Under the pieces are notes generated by a model. It made no database searches. It was not told where the DNA came from and saw nothing but the letters and a program-made list of their open reading frames with translations. Positions 22,667 to 33,351 of a stretch of DNA of 55,246 bases are shown one piece after another. Within the stretch, counting starts at the first letter, position 1. Each line of letters opens with the position of its first letter. Source of the stretch: Salibacteraceae bacterium (lineage in GTDB: Bacteria; Bacteroidota; Bacteroidia; Flavobacteriales_G; Salibacteraceae); contig JANRBI010000257.1 of the NCBI GenBank assembly GCA_030727625.1, forward strand, positions 1 through 55,246, in the 5' to 3' direction. Both the position numbers and the translations under genes were made by a program.

Positions 22667-22676
22667 TACTCAATAC

Positions 22677-22967
22677 TTAAATGTTAGCGTAGAAATCAAT
22701 TACATCACCATCAGCAACAGTAATCATCGCCTTTTTAAAGTGATTTTTTCTTCCGTCAAGTATACCAGTCTTAGTATACCTTGTTTTGCTTTTACCAGAA
22801 TAAATCATGGTATTAACGGAGGTAACTGTAACATTATACTGACTTTCAACGGCCTTGCGGATCTCTACTTTATTCGCTTTTCGACCAACGATGAAACCAT
22901 ACTGGTTGCGCTTTTCGCTCAACGCAGACATTTTTTCGGTGATAAGTGGCTTTACTAAAACGCTCAT
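22677..22967 (-). CDS. rplW: 50S ribosomal protein L23
   Basis: 96 aa. P.ITEK N-terminal pattern plus operon position. Confidence 0.94.
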   Translation of the reverse strand: MSVLVKPLITEKMSALSEKRNQYGFIVGRKANKVEIRKAVESQYNVTVTSVNTMIYSGKSKTRYTKTGILDGRKNHFKKAMITVADGDVIDFYANI

Positions 22968-22970
22968 CTC

Positions 22971-23600
22971 TTATTTCTTTAAAATGTCATTAATCTTATC
23001 CAATGAACCTTCGCAAAGAAGAATAACATTAGCATTCATGATATCATAAGTGTTTAAGCCTTCTGCACAAACAACTTTTGACTTTGGGTGATTGCGAGCA
23101 CTCAGAACAACATTGCTCTGGTTGTCCGCTGTCACTAACAAAGTTTTCTTACCCTCAAGTTCTAGTGATTTCATAATCTCTACGTAACCTTTGGTTTTTG
23201 GGGCATCAAAAGAGAAATCTTCTAACACACGCACATCCATTGAGTGAGCCTTAGCTGACAGAGCAGATCTTCTCGCTAACTTGCTAACCTTCTTGTTAAG
23301 CTTGAAACCATAGTCTCTTGGTTCAGGACCAAAAGCCCTACCACCGCCAACAAAAACTGGAGACTTGATAGAACCAGCACGAGCGGTACCAGTACCTTTT
23401 TGCTTCTTAATTTTTCTAGTAGAGTAAGCAACTTCAGCTCTTTGCTTTGACTTGTGTGTACCTTGACGTTGATTAGCCAAGAATAATTTCACATCGAGAT
23501 AGATCGTATGATTATTTGGTTCTACACCAAATACATCTTTATCAAGGCTTACCTTTTTACCCGTCTCTTTTCCTTGAATGTTATATACTGCGAATTCCAT
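22971..23600 (-). CDS. rplD: 50S ribosomal protein L4
   Basis: 209 aa. KQKGTG.AR.GS..SP.F.GGG..FGP motif. Confidence 0.96.
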   Translation of the reverse strand: MEFAVYNIQGKETGKKVSLDKDVFGVEPNNHTIYLDVKLFLANQRQGTHKSKQRAEVAYSTRKIKKQKGTGTARAGSIKSPVFVGGGRAFGPEPRDYGFKLNKKVSKLARRSALSAKAHSMDVRVLEDFSFDAPKTKGYVEIMKSLELEGKKTLLVTADNQSNVVLSARNHPKSKVVCAEGLNTYDIMNANVILLCEGSLDKINDILKK

Positions 23601-24217
23601 TATTTCTCGATTATAACATATGAACCTTTAGTACCAGGAACCGCACCCTTAATCAAGATAACATTCTTGTCAGCAAGTACTTTTACGATCTGAAGGTTGA
23701 TCATTTTAACTCTTTTACCACCCATTCTGCCAGCCATACGTGTTCCTTTGAATACACGTGATGGCGTAGAACATGCTCCGATAGAACCAGGAGCTCTTAA
23801 TCTATTATGTTGACCATGTGTTGCATCACCAACTCCTGCAAATCCGTGGCGTTTTACAACACCTTGGAAACCTTTTCCTTTTGAAGTACCGGCAACGTCT
23901 ACGAATTCGCCTTCTTCAAAAATATCAGCAAGAATTACGTCACCTAATTTATGATCGCCATCCCACTCACGGAATTCAACAACTTTACGTTTTGCATTCG
24001 TATTAGCTTTCCCAAAGTGACCCAACTGAGCCTTATTTGAGTGCTTCTCGCTTACATCATCGAAAGATACCTGCACAGCAGTATATCCATCTACCTCCTC
24101 TGTGCGCAACTGAGTTACCACGCAAGGTCCAGCTTCGATTACAGTACAAGGAATATTCTTTCCTTCCTCTGTATACACGCTGGTCATTCCAACTTTTTTA
24201 CCAATGATCCCTAACAT
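23600..24217 (-). CDS. rplC: 50S ribosomal protein L3
   Basis: 205 aa. [11 protein letters not shown]-terminus and [13 protein letters not shown] motif. Confidence 0.97.
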   Translation of the reverse strand: MLGIIGKKVGMTSVYTEEGKNIPCTVIEAGPCVVTQLRTEEVDGYTAVQVSFDDVSEKHSNKAQLGHFGKANTNAKRKVVEFREWDGDHKLGDVILADIFEEGEFVDVAGTSKGKGFQGVVKRHGFAGVGDATHGQHNRLRAPGSIGACSTPSRVFKGTRMAGRMGGKRVKMINLQIVKVLADKNVILIKGAVPGTKGSYVIIEK

Positions 24218-24235
24218 CTCTTAAGCTTTAGAGGA

Positions 24236-24541
24236 TTACACTTTAATTTCAACATCAACACCACTTGGAAGCTCTAGGCCCATAAGTGCATCGATTGTTT
24301 TAGATGAACTACTATAGATATCCATCAATCTTTTGTAGCTTGATAGTTGGAACTGCTCACGAGCTTTCTTATTTACGTGTGGTGATCTCAACACAGTATA
24401 AATCTGCTTTTGTGTGGGCAGAGGAATCGGTCCGCTGACAACAGCTCCTGTTGTCTTTACCGTCTTCACGATCTTCTCGGCCGACTTGTCTACCAAGTTA
24501 TGATCGTAAGACTTAAGTTTAATTCTGATTCGTTGCGCCAT
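24236..24541 (-). CDS. rpsJ: 30S ribosomal protein S10
   Basis: 101 aa. [11 protein letters not shown]-terminus and GPIPLPT motif. Confidence 0.97.
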   Translation of the reverse strand: MAQRIRIKLKSYDHNLVDKSAEKIVKTVKTTGAVVSGPIPLPTQKQIYTVLRSPHVNKKAREQFQLSSYKRLMDIYSSSSKTIDALMGLELPSGVDVEIKV

Positions 24542-24571
24542 TTTATTTATATGAATATGCGATATATAAAA

Positions 24572-26674
24572 TTATCCTTTACGTCCTTTAACCTCTGACA
24601 CAACAGCCTCAGCGATATTTCTAGGACACTCATCATAGTGTGAAAATTCCATTGAAGAAGTTGCACGACCTGAAGACATGGTTCTAAGTTGAGTTACATA
24701 ACCGAACATTTCTGATAACGGAACTTTACCCTTAATAACCTTAGCACCCGCTCTATCATCCATTCCTTCTACAACGCCTCTTCTTCTGTTCAAATCTCCA
24801 ACAACATCTCCCATGTTTTGCTCCGGAGTTACTACCTCAAGCTTCATGATTGGTTCAAGTAATATTGGTTGACATTTAGGAAGAGCCTCTCTAAAAGCTA
24901 ACTTAGCACACAGTTCAAATGAAAGTGCATCCGAGTCAACCGCGTGGAATGAACCATCCAATAAGGTTACTTTCAAATTATCTACATTGTAACCTGCAAG
25001 AACACCATTCTTCATCGCTTCTTTAAAGCCTTTCTCAATCGAAGGAACAAATTCACGAGGAACGTTACCACCCTTTACAGCATTCTCGAAGATCAAACCT
25101 GGTTTTTCTGCGTCTCCCGGACCAATATTCACAACTATGTCTGCGAACTTACCACGACCACCCGATTGTTTCTTAAACACTTCTCTGTGCTGGGTAGAAC
25201 CTTTGATAGATTCTTTGTAATTTACTTGAGGAGCTCCTTGGTTTACTTCTACCTTGAACTCTCTTCTCATACGATCAATAATGATGTCCAAGTGAAGTTC
25301 ACCCATACCACTCAACACAGTCTGACCAGTATCCTCGTCAGTGTAGATCGTTAAAGTTGGATCTTCTTCCGAAAGCTTACTTAGAGCCATACCCATTTTA
25401 TCAACGTCAGCTTGAGTTTTAGGCTCAATTGCTATACCGATAACTGGATCTGGAAAATCCATAGATTCTAATACGATAGGTGCATTCTCTGCGCACAAAG
25501 TGTCACCTGTCTTGATATCCTTAAAACCAACTAGCGCTGCAATATCACCACAGTGTAACTCTGGGATTTGGTTTTGCTTATTGGCGTGCATTTGAAAAAT
25601 TCTAGAAATACGCTCCTTGTTACCCGTTCTTGTATTCAAAACATAAGAACCTGCCTGAAGCATACCTGAATATGATCTTGTAAAACACAAACGACCAACA
25701 AACGGATCAGTTGCAATTTTGAATGCTAGAGCAGCAAAAGGTTCATCAACACTTGGCTTTCTTCTTTCTTCAGCATCAGTCTTCGGGTTAATCCCAACAA
25801 TTGCCTCTGTATCCATTGGAGATGGAAGAATCTCCATAACCATATCAAGCATCGCCTGTACCCCTTTATTCTTGAAGGCTGATCCGCACATCATCGGAAC
25901 AACTTTTCCAGCAATCGTGGCTTCACGCAATGCATTTAAAATTTCTCTCTCTGTTAAAGACTCCGAATCCTCAAAATACTTTTCCATTAAAGTTTCGTCA
26001 AATTCAGCAACAGCTTCAAGAAGCTCTTCTCTTAGTTGACGTGCTTCATCAACAATATCATCCGGAATTGCAATCTCTTGGAAAGTCATTCCTTGATCTT
26101 CTTCGTTCCAAGTAATTCCTCGGAAGTTGATCAAATCAACCACGCCTAGGAATTTTTCTTCCGACCCAATATTAAGTTGCAACGGCAGAGCATGACTACC
26201 TAACATCTCTTTTACTTGTTTGCAAACACTTAAAAAGTCTGCACCCTGACGGTCCATTTTATTAACGAAACCAATTCTTGGAACGTTATAATTGTTTGCC
26301 AGTCTCCAGTTAGTTTCAGATTGAGGCTCTACACCATCAACCGCACTGAACAAGAAAACCAAGCCGTCAAGGACTCTCAAAGATCTATTTACCTCCACAG
26401 TAAAATCTACGTGACCCGGAGTGTCGATAATATTTACGTGGTACAGTTGATCACGGTAGTTCCAATTAAGAGTAGTAGCTGCAGAGGTGATAGTAATACC
26501 ACGTTCTTGCTCCTGCTCCATCCAGTCCATAGTGGCAGCACCATCATGAACTTCACCAATCTTGTGGCTTACACCACCATAATAAAGAATACGCTCAGTC
26601 GTAGTGGTTTTACCCGCATCAATGTGCGCAGCAATACCAATATTTCTCGTGTATTTTAGATCTCTCTTTGCCAT
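24572..26674 (-). CDS. fusA: Elongation factor G
   Basis: 700 aa. [13 protein letters not shown]1 motif, DTPGHVDF G3 motif and NKMD G4 motif. Confidence 0.98.
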   Translation of the reverse strand: MAKRDLKYTRNIGIAAHIDAGKTTTTERILYYGGVSHKIGEVHDGAATMDWMEQEQERGITITSAATTLNWNYRDQLYHVNIIDTPGHVDFTVEVNRSLRVLDGLVFLFSAVDGVEPQSETNWRLANNYNVPRIGFVNKMDRQGADFLSVCKQVKEMLGSHALPLQLNIGSEEKFLGVVDLINFRGITWNEEDQGMTFQEIAIPDDIVDEARQLREELLEAVAEFDETLMEKYFEDSESLTEREILNALREATIAGKVVPMMCGSAFKNKGVQAMLDMVMEILPSPMDTEAIVGINPKTDAEERRKPSVDEPFAALAFKIATDPFVGRLCFTRSYSGMLQAGSYVLNTRTGNKERISRIFQMHANKQNQIPELHCGDIAALVGFKDIKTGDTLCAENAPIVLESMDFPDPVIGIAIEPKTQADVDKMGMALSKLSEEDPTLTIYTDEDTGQTVLSGMGELHLDIIIDRMRREFKVEVNQGAPQVNYKESIKGSTQHREVFKKQSGGRGKFADIVVNIGPGDAEKPGLIFENAVKGGNVPREFVPSIEKGFKEAMKNGVLAGYNVDNLKVTLLDGSFHAVDSDALSFELCAKLAFREALPKCQPILLEPIMKLEVVTPEQNMGDVVGDLNRRRGVVEGMDDRAGAKVIKGKVPLSEMFGYVTQLRTMSSGRATSSMEFSHYDECPRNIAEAVVSEVKGRKG

Positions 26675-26691
26675 TTTTATTGGGTGGAATA

Positions 26692-27159
26692 TTAGAATCT
26701 GAAGTGAGCGAAAGCCTTATTAGCTTCAGCCATTCTGTGCGTATCTTCTTTCTTTTTGTAAGCAGCACCCTCTTCTTTCGAAGCAGCTACGATTTCATCA
26801 GCAAGCTTAATCGCCATGCTCTTTCCGTTTCTTTTCTTTGAGTATGAGATTAACCACTTCATACCCATCGATAACTTTCGGCTCGCTCTAATCTCTTGCG
26901 GAATTTGGAAAGTGGCGCCACCAACTCTGCGGCTCTTAACCTCAACTTGAGGGGTTACGTTCTCCAAAGCTTTTTTCCAAGTATCTAGAGAGCCTTCTTC
27001 AACTTTCGACTCAACGATATCCATCGCATCATAGAATATTTTGTAGGCCACACTTTTCTTACCGTCTAACATCAAGTTATTTACAAATTGGGTAACCATC
27101 TCACTCTTGAATCGTGGATCTGGCATCAATCTTCTAACTTTCGCTCTTCCTTTTCTCAT
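26692..27159 (-). CDS. rpsG: 30S ribosomal protein S7
   Basis: 155 aa. Canonical S7 core ([16 protein letters not shown]) and a HFRF end. Confidence 0.97.
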   Translation of the reverse strand: MRKGRAKVRRLMPDPRFKSEMVTQFVNNLMLDGKKSVAYKIFYDAMDIVESKVEEGSLDTWKKALENVTPQVEVKSRRVGGATFQIPQEIRASRKLSMGMKWLISYSKKRNGKSMAIKLADEIVAASKEEGAAYKKKEDTHRMAEANKAFAHFRF

Positions 27160-27168
27160 ATCAGCGAA

Positions 27169-27576
27169 TTATTTCTTTTTCTTAATTGGAGCTGCAACCG
27201 CACCTTTCTTAGGACGCTTAGCACCATATTTAGAACGTCTTTGCTTTCTACCTTCAACTCCTGCAGTATCAAGCGCCCCACGTACAATGTGATATCGAAC
27301 TCCAGGAAGATCTTTCACTCTTCCACCTCTTACTAGAACAATTGAGTGTTCTTGAAGATTGTGTCCTTCACCAGGGATGTAGGCGTTGACTTCGTTTTTG
27401 TTTGTCAACCTTACCCTTGCTACTTTACGCATAGCTGAGTTTGGTTTCTTAGGTGTAGTGGTGTACACACGTACACATACCCCGCGCCTTTGAGGACATG
27501 ATGTTAACGCAGCAGATTTGCTCGTCTTCACCTTGCTCTGGCGACCATTTTTTACAAGTTGTGATATAGTTGGCAT
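27169..27576 (-). CDS. rpsL: 30S ribosomal protein S12
   Basis: 135 aa. MPTISQL N-terminus, [10 protein letters not shown] and [13 protein letters not shown] motifs. Confidence 0.98.
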   Translation of the reverse strand: MPTISQLVKNGRQSKVKTSKSAALTSCPQRRGVCVRVYTTTPKKPNSAMRKVARVRLTNKNEVNAYIPGEGHNLQEHSIVLVRGGRVKDLPGVRYHIVRGALDTAGVEGRKQRRSKYGAKRPKKGAVAAPIKKKK

Positions 27577-27639
27577 TCGTCTATTTTACCTTTAAGTTCT
27601 TAACTTCAAGACAATCTTTTCCCCACTAAAAAGGGGGCG

Positions 27640-27670
27640 CAAAGGTACGAGATTAAATTTTATACACAAT
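27640..27670 (-). promoter_or_regulatory. Candidate promoter of the ribosomal super-operon (ATTG-N19-TACCTTTG)
   Basis: On the minus strand there is an exact TAnnTTTG at 27647-27640, with a -33-like ATTG at 27670-27667 and a 19-nt spacer. The box ends 63 nt before the rpsL ATG. Confidence 0.5.
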
Positions 27671-27819
27671 AAGAGGGTGATTAATTTTTTTAATATTCAT
27701 GATTTATTTTTTGAATTGAGGATCATTGGTTGAGTACAATCCGCTTAAACATTGGCCTTGAAGGTCGGTTGTTAATAAAAACAGATTTTAAAAAAACATG
27801 AAAAAAATTCTCAGAAAGG

Positions 27820-27827
27820 TACTTTTG
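27820..27827 (+). promoter_or_regulatory. Candidate -7 box TACTTTTG upstream of the helicase gene
   Basis: Exact TAnnTTTG, 20 nt before ATG 27848. No clear -33 element. Confidence 0.4.
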
Positions 27828-27847
27828 ACCTCTTTAATAACATTCAA

Positions 27848-30121
27848 ATGTCATATTTAGACGAACTAAACGATGTGCAACGAAAAGCTGCCACGCATAT
27901 TAATGGACCAATAATGGTGTTAGCGGGTGCTGGATCTGGCAAAACCAGAGTACTTACTTTTCGCATTGCTCATCTTATCGAAAAAGGAGTAGACCCATTC
28001 CATATTCTCTCTCTTACCTTCACAAATAAGGCTTCCAGAGAAATGAAAACACGAATAAGCCGCATTGTAGGAGACGGAATGTCAAAATCAATTTGGATGG
28101 GAACATTTCATAGCGTGTTTTCTAAAATATTAAGGTTTGAAGCAGACCGAATTGGATACCCATCAAACTTTACTATTTATGACAGCGATGATTCTAAGAG
28201 TCTTTTGAAGACTATTATTAAGGAATTGAACCTTGACGATAAGGTCTACAAACCATCACTTATTCAAAGAAGAATTTCTTCCGCAAAAAACGGATTGATC
28301 AATGCTACTGAATATCAAAAAGACACGATCATTTATAATGAAGACGTTCAAGCTAAGAAACCAATGCTCGGCAAAATCTATGGGATTTATGAAAATAGAT
28401 GTTTTAAAGCTGGAGCAATGGATTTTGATGATTTACTCTTCAAAACGAATATCTTGCTCAAAACCAATGCAGATATTCTTTTTAAGTATCAAGAAAAATT
28501 CAAGTTCATCATGGTTGATGAGTTTCAAGATACAAATTTCGCGCAAAGCAATATTTTAAAAATGCTTGCTGCACGTCATGAAAACATCTGCGTAGTAGGT
28601 GACGATGCGCAAAGTATTTACGCTTTTAGAGGAGCAAATATTCAAAACATACTTCAATTCAAAAGTCTTTATCCGGATGTTACTACTTATAAACTCGAAC
28701 AAAACTATCGTTCAACCAAAACCATTGTAGAAGCAGCGAATCATGTAATTTCAAATAATAAAGAACAGTTACAAAAAGATGTTTGGACTCATAATGATCA
28801 AGGCGAACAAATTAAATTGATAAAATGCTTGAGTGAAACAGAAGAAGGTTCATTTATAGCCAATGAAATTCTAGAGCTAAAAACAAGAGATAGTTGTAAC
28901 GAAGATTCCTTCGCGATTCTATATAGAACAAATGCTCAATCAAGGGCACTTGAAGAAGCTTTGAGAAAACGAAACATCCATTACCGCATTTATGGTGGTG
29001 TGAGCTTTTATCAGCGCAAAGAAGTCAAAGATATTTTAGGCTATTTTAAAATGTGCATTAACCCAAATGATGAAGAAGCATTCAAACGTATTTTAAATTA
29101 TCCAGCGCGTGGTATTGGAAAAACAACGCAAGACAAAATCATTGTTGCTGCCTCTGAAGAAGGAAAAAGCCCTTGGGAAATTGTCCTGAATTTAGATCAA
29201 GCACACCTTCCGCTCACTGCTGCTGTCAAAACAAAAATCAATGAATTTGTTTACCTAATCAGAAGCTTTCAAGTAATGGCAGCTGAAAAAGACGCCTATG
29301 AAGTTGGTAGTCATATTGCTTCAGCTACGGGAATCCTTAGGGAGTTTTATGCAGATAAAACACCTGAAGGAGTTAGCCGTTATGAAAATATCCAAGAACT
29401 TCTTTCTGGGATGAAAGAGTTTTCTGAAATCGCTCTTGAAGAAGACGAAGAAGATGCTAAGAATCCGAGAGCACTGGGCGTTTTTATGGAAGATGTCGCA
29501 TTATTGACAGATGTTGACAATAAAGATGCAAAAGATGACGACCAACCAAAAGTGTCGATGATGACTATTCATAGCGCCAAAGGACTAGAGTATCCTTACG
29601 TTTTTATTGCTGGAATGGAGGAAAACTTGTTCCCATCTCAATTGAGTGTGAATTCAAGATCAGAATTAGAAGAAGAGCGGAGATTGTTTTATGTGGCACT
29701 TACAAGAGCTGAGAAAAAGGCATTTATAAGCTTCGCTTCTACCCGATTCAAATATGGTAGTATGAATTATTGTGAGCCAAGCCGATTTATTGGGGAAATT
29801 GATCCTTCACTGATTGAATCACCCGCCATTCAAAAAACATTAAAGCGAGAATTGACAAAGCCTGCCGGATTCAAATTAGCAGACCATATCGCACCCCGAA
29901 AATTGGTCAAGCCAATAGGTTCTAGTGGCAGTGCTTTAGGTGCCGCAGATATGGCAAAACTGGAAATTGGAACTAAAGTGAAACATGAGCGTTTTGGAAA
30001 TGGAGAAATCGTAGGTTTGGAGGGTGAAATTCCAGACCGGAAAGCCACAGTAGAATTTAGAGGTGTTGGTAAGAAGCAACTTTTACTCAAATTTGCCAAA
30101 CTTCAAATCTTGGAATCTTAA
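27848..30121 (+). CDS. ATP-dependent DNA helicase, UvrD/PcrA/Rep (SF1) family
   Basis: 757 aa. AGAGSGKT Walker A, VDEFQDTN motif II, YRS/QNYRST and TIHSAKGLE motifs. Confidence 0.93.
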   Translation: MSYLDELNDVQRKAATHINGPIMVLAGAGSGKTRVLTFRIAHLIEKGVDPFHILSLTFTNKASREMKTRISRIVGDGMSKSIWMGTFHSVFSKILRFEADRIGYPSNFTIYDSDDSKSLLKTIIKELNLDDKVYKPSLIQRRISSAKNGLINATEYQKDTIIYNEDVQAKKPMLGKIYGIYENRCFKAGAMDFDDLLFKTNILLKTNADILFKYQEKFKFIMVDEFQDTNFAQSNILKMLAARHENICVVGDDAQSIYAFRGANIQNILQFKSLYPDVTTYKLEQNYRSTKTIVEAANHVISNNKEQLQKDVWTHNDQGEQIKLIKCLSETEEGSFIANEILELKTRDSCNEDSFAILYRTNAQSRALEEALRKRNIHYRIYGGVSFYQRKEVKDILGYFKMCINPNDEEAFKRILNYPARGIGKTTQDKIIVAASEEGKSPWEIVLNLDQAHLPLTAAVKTKINEFVYLIRSFQVMAAEKDAYEVGSHIASATGILREFYADKTPEGVSRYENIQELLSGMKEFSEIALEEDEEDAKNPRALGVFMEDVALLTDVDNKDAKDDDQPKVSMMTIHSAKGLEYPYVFIAGMEENLFPSQLSVNSRSELEEERRLFYVALTRAEKKAFISFASTRFKYGSMNYCEPSRFIGEIDPSLIESPAIQKTLKRELTKPAGFKLADHIAPRKLVKPIGSSGSALGAADMAKLEIGTKVKHERFGNGEIVGLEGEIPDRKATVEFRGVGKKQLLLKFAKLQILES

Positions 30122-30149
30122 TCAAATAGCTTAGCAAAAGCTTAAAACA

Positions 30150-30782
30150 ATGGAATACCATACTCAAAAAGAACCACTTATTTTGGCCGAATATGGCCGT
30201 CACGTGCAAGACATGGTTAATCACACGCTTTCGATCGCAGACCGTGATGAGAGAACAAAAGCCGCGAATGCAGTGGTTCAAATAATGACTCAACTTAATC
30301 CTTCCTACAGAGATAACGAAGAATTGATTCATAAGCTTTGGGACGACTTACACCAAATGGCAAGCTACAAACTGGATATTGATGCTCCGTACCCCATTCC
30401 AGAAAGAAAAGAAATGGTTGTTGCCGAAAGAATTCAGTATCCAGATCAAAAATTTTCATACAAGCATTACGGTAAGATTATCGAAGGATTGATTGAAGCT
30501 GCACGAAAAATGGAAGATTTGGAGGAGCGTAAGGCGTTGACCGAAATGATTGCCAACCTCATGAAAAAGAGCTACCTCACCTACAATAGAGATTCTGTAA
30601 ATGATGAGATGCTTGCTGACCAATTGAAAAAAATGAGTGATGGTGAATTAAGTCTAGAAGATAACTTCAGGTTTCATCACACCAACGACATACTCAGCAA
30701 AAACAGAAAAAACACACCAACTAACGCACGCTCAAGCATTAATAACAAGGCGAAAAGCAAACGTAAATGGCAAAAAAAATAA
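30150..30782 (+). CDS. DUF4290 domain protein
   Basis: 210 aa. MEYHTQKEPLILAEYGRHVQ..LW..L...YKLDIDAPYP matches my recollection of DUF4290, which typically precedes murA in Bacteroidota. Confidence 0.75.
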   Translation: MEYHTQKEPLILAEYGRHVQDMVNHTLSIADRDERTKAANAVVQIMTQLNPSYRDNEELIHKLWDDLHQMASYKLDIDAPYPIPERKEMVVAERIQYPDQKFSYKHYGKIIEGLIEAARKMEDLEERKALTEMIANLMKKSYLTYNRDSVNDEMLADQLKKMSDGELSLEDNFRFHHTNDILSKNRKNTPTNARSSINNKAKSKRKWQKK

Positions 30783-30791
30783 TACTTATCC

Positions 30792-32102
30792 ATGGGTTCA
30801 TTTCATATTGAAGGTGGTCGCCAATTAAAAGGCGAGCTTACGCCACAAGGAGCGAAAAATGAAGTTTTACAAATTTTGTGCGCCACGCTTCTCACTGCTG
30901 AAAAAGTAGAAATTGAGAATATTCCAGACATTAGAGATGTAAATAAGCTCATTGATTTACTTAGCTCACTTGGTGTCAAAATACAGAAAAAAGGCATCGG
31001 ACATTATATTTTTCAAGCCGATGAGATTGATTTAGACTACCTCACTTCAGAAGAGTTTGCCACTAAAGGCTCAGGCCTAAGAGGCTCCATTATGATTGTG
31101 GGACCGCTTTTAGCTCGCTTTGGAAAAGGATATATTCCAAAACCAGGTGGAGATAAAATTGGTCGTAGAAGACTTGATACACATTTTATAGGTTTCCAAA
31201 AACTTGGTGCAACTTTCGATTTTGATTCGAAAGAGCACTTTTATAAGGCCACTGCTAAAAAGCTGAAAGGAACTAAAATGCTTCTTGACGAAGCATCAGT
31301 AACTGGAACAGCCAACATATTAATGGCCGCTGTAATGGCTGAAGGTGAAACCGAAATCTACAACGCTGCATGCGAGCCATACCTGCAACAACTCTGCAGA
31401 ATGCTCAACTCCATGGGTGCTAAAATAACCGGAGTAGGATCAAACCTTTTAAAAATAGAAGGTGTTGAAGTACTTAATGGCTGCAGCCATCGTATTCTTC
31501 CCGATATGATTGAGATTGGTAGTTTCATTGGTTTAGCGGCCATGACTCAATCCGAAATTACCATCAAAAATGTTGGATACGAGCACCTTGGAATTATTCC
31601 AGATGTGTTTAGCCGACTAGGTATCAAGATGGAGCTTAAGGGAGACGACATATATATCCCAAGTCAAGAAATTTATGAGGTTGACACTTTCATTGATGGT
31701 TCTATATTAACCATTGCTGATGCCCCTTGGCCAGGATTTACTCCTGATTTATTGAGTATTGTTTTGGTGGTTGCTACACAAGCAAAAGGAAGTGTTCTGA
31801 TCCATCAAAAGATGTTTGAAAGCCGTTTGTTTTTCGTGGACAAGCTAATCGATATGGGCGCTCAAATCATTTTATGTGATCCACACAGAGCTACAGTAAT
31901 AGGAATGGGAAGAAAAGCTTCTCTCAGAGGCATTCAAATGACATCACCTGATATTAGAGCTGGTGTTTCTCTGCTCATAGCTGCAATGTCTGCTCAAGGC
32001 ACAAGCATTATCAGAAACATAGAACAAATAGATCGTGGCTATCAGCACATTGATCAGCGACTGAATGCCATTGGCGCGAATATTGTCAGAAGCGACTCCT
32101 AA
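30792..32102 (+). CDS. murA: UDP-N-acetylglucosamine 1-carboxyvinyltransferase
   Basis: 436 aa. QGAKNE N-terminal motif, GGDKIGRRRLD in the active-site loop (D in place of the fosfomycin-target Cys) and a RGYQHIDQRL tail. Confidence 0.96.
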   Translation: MGSFHIEGGRQLKGELTPQGAKNEVLQILCATLLTAEKVEIENIPDIRDVNKLIDLLSSLGVKIQKKGIGHYIFQADEIDLDYLTSEEFATKGSGLRGSIMIVGPLLARFGKGYIPKPGGDKIGRRRLDTHFIGFQKLGATFDFDSKEHFYKATAKKLKGTKMLLDEASVTGTANILMAAVMAEGETEIYNAACEPYLQQLCRMLNSMGAKITGVGSNLLKIEGVEVLNGCSHRILPDMIEIGSFIGLAAMTQSEITIKNVGYEHLGIIPDVFSRLGIKMELKGDDIYIPSQEIYEVDTFIDGSILTIADAPWPGFTPDLLSIVLVVATQAKGSVLIHQKMFESRLFFVDKLIDMGAQIILCDPHRATVIGMGRKASLRGIQMTSPDIRAGVSLLIAAMSAQGTSIIRNIEQIDRGYQHIDQRLNAIGANIVRSDS

Positions 32103-32111
32103 TTTTAGACT

Positions 32112-32648
32112 ATGAAATTATTTAGCATAATAGCACTTACTTCCTTATTAAGCGTAGCCTCACTTCAACTGAATTCAAGTTCAGATTTTCAAACTGCGGG
32201 CGTAAAAATTGGAGACAAAGCTCCAGAGATAGCTCAAGAAAATCCTGATGGAAAAATCATGAAGCTATCTGACCTTAAAGGGAAAATGGTTTTGATCGAC
32301 TTCTGGGCTTCTTGGTGTGGACCATGCCGAAGAGAAAACCCAAACGTGGTGCGTGCATACAATAAATACAACAAAGCAAAATTCAAAGACGCGAAAGGCT
32401 TTGATATTTTCAGCGTATCTCTTGATGGTAATAAAGAAGCTTGGCAGTCTGCCATAGAAGCTGATGGTTTGATTTGGAAAAACCACGTAAGCGACTTAAA
32501 AAAATGGAGAAGTGAAGCTGCCGCACTTTATGGTGTTGGTTCAATCCCATCTAGCTTTTTAATAGACGCAAACGGGATTGTAATTGCCAAAAATCTTCGA
32601 GGCAATCAAATCGACTTAGAATTAGATAAGCATATCAAAAGCTTATAA
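32112..32648 (+). CDS. TlpA-like thiol:disulfide oxidoreductase, secreted
   Basis: 178 aa. N-terminal signal sequence and FWASWCGPCRRENP active site. Confidence 0.9.
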   Translation: MKLFSIIALTSLLSVASLQLNSSSDFQTAGVKIGDKAPEIAQENPDGKIMKLSDLKGKMVLIDFWASWCGPCRRENPNVVRAYNKYNKAKFKDAKGFDIFSVSLDGNKEAWQSAIEADGLIWKNHVSDLKKWRSEAAALYGVGSIPSSFLIDANGIVIAKNLRGNQIDLELDKHIKSL

Positions 32649-32698
32649 TACCTCATAAATATTCGCTGACAAAATGTCTCTAAACTAGGGACTGGCAA

Positions 32699-32706
32699 TA
32701 CTTTTG
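32699..32706 (+). promoter_or_regulatory. Candidate -7 box TACTTTTG upstream of grpE
   Basis: Exact TAnnTTTG, 34 nt before ATG 32741. Its position argues against the ORF-track TTG start at 32711. Confidence 0.45.
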
Positions 32707-32740
32707 CCTATTGGGAAGCATTCTAAAAAAGTATTCAGAG

Positions 32741-33337
32741 ATGAGTGAAAAGGAAAAAGACGCTTCCGAACTAAAGGAAGAACAATTAAACAACCATATA
32801 GATTCTGCAGAAGAGGCAACAACTAACACCGAAGAGTCAGCCGAAAACGTTGCTGATAACAAAGAGTTTGGTGAAGCTGAAGCAGAAGATCCGATCGAGG
32901 TTTTGCAGAAGCAAGTGACCGAAGAAAAGAACAAATACCTGAGACTTTACGCTGAATTTGAAAACTTCAGAAAGCGTTCTGCAAAAGAAAGAATCGATTT
33001 AATTGGTACTGCAAGCGCAGATGTTTTGAAAGAAATGCTGCCAATTTTGGACGATTTTGAGCGTGCAATAGACTCAAACAAAACCGCAAGTGACATTGAG
33101 TCAGTTAAAGAAGGTTTTGAATTGCTGCACAGCAAATTTGGTCGTTTGATGAAATCTAAAGGCATTGAATCTATAGATCCAAAAGACGAAATGTTTGACG
33201 GTGAATTGCACGAAGCAATCGCGCAAATGCCAGCACAAAGCGAAGATCAAAAAGGAAAAATCTTTGATGTAGTTGAGAAAGGCTACAAACTAAACGATAA
33301 AATTATTCGCCATCCTAAAGTGGTGGTTGCAAGCTAA
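32741..33337 (+). CDS. grpE: Nucleotide exchange factor GrpE
   Basis: [14 protein letters not shown] signature. Trimmed to the first ATG (MSEKEKD), giving 198 aa. Confidence 0.94.
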   Translation: MSEKEKDASELKEEQLNNHIDSAEEATTNTEESAENVADNKEFGEAEAEDPIEVLQKQVTEEKNKYLRLYAEFENFRKRSAKERIDLIGTASADVLKEMLPILDDFERAIDSNKTASDIESVKEGFELLHSKFGRLMKSKGIESIDPKDEMFDGELHEAIAQMPAQSEDQKGKIFDVVEKGYKLNDKIIRHPKVVVAS

Positions 33338-33351
33338 TTCTAACGAAGAAC

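Noticed and set aside
22533-22958. A 141-aa plus-strand ORF, plus many similar 60-115-aa plus-strand ORFs across 9.9-27.6 kb (for example 16135-16398, 18741-19028, 21491-21769, 25719-26039).
   Set aside because: All lie fully antisense to strongly conserved ribosomal or EF-G genes. Their products are low-complexity and have no motifs. These are typical shadow ORFs of highly expressed genes.
27577-27847. The largest intergenic gaps (27577-27847, 47119-47325, 51439-51681, 53615-53802) were checked for tRNA, other structured RNA genes, CRISPR repeats or IS termini.
   Set aside because: I saw no cloverleaf-compatible sequence (no GTTCGAATC-type T-arm), no direct repeat arrays and no terminal inverted repeats. 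The content is explained by promoters and small ORFs.
27798-27860. A 20-aa uORF (MKKILRKVLLTSLITFKCHI) overlapping the helicase start.
   Set aside because: It begins upstream of the predicted -7 box (27820-27827), so it would not be on the helicase mRNA. It is also short and has no conserved features.
32680-32934. An 84-aa Ser-rich minus-strand ORF at the grpE 5' end.
   Set aside because: It is a mirror image of the acidic, Glu-rich GrpE N-terminus (GAA/GAG codons read as Ser/Phe on the opposite strand). This is a compositional artefact.
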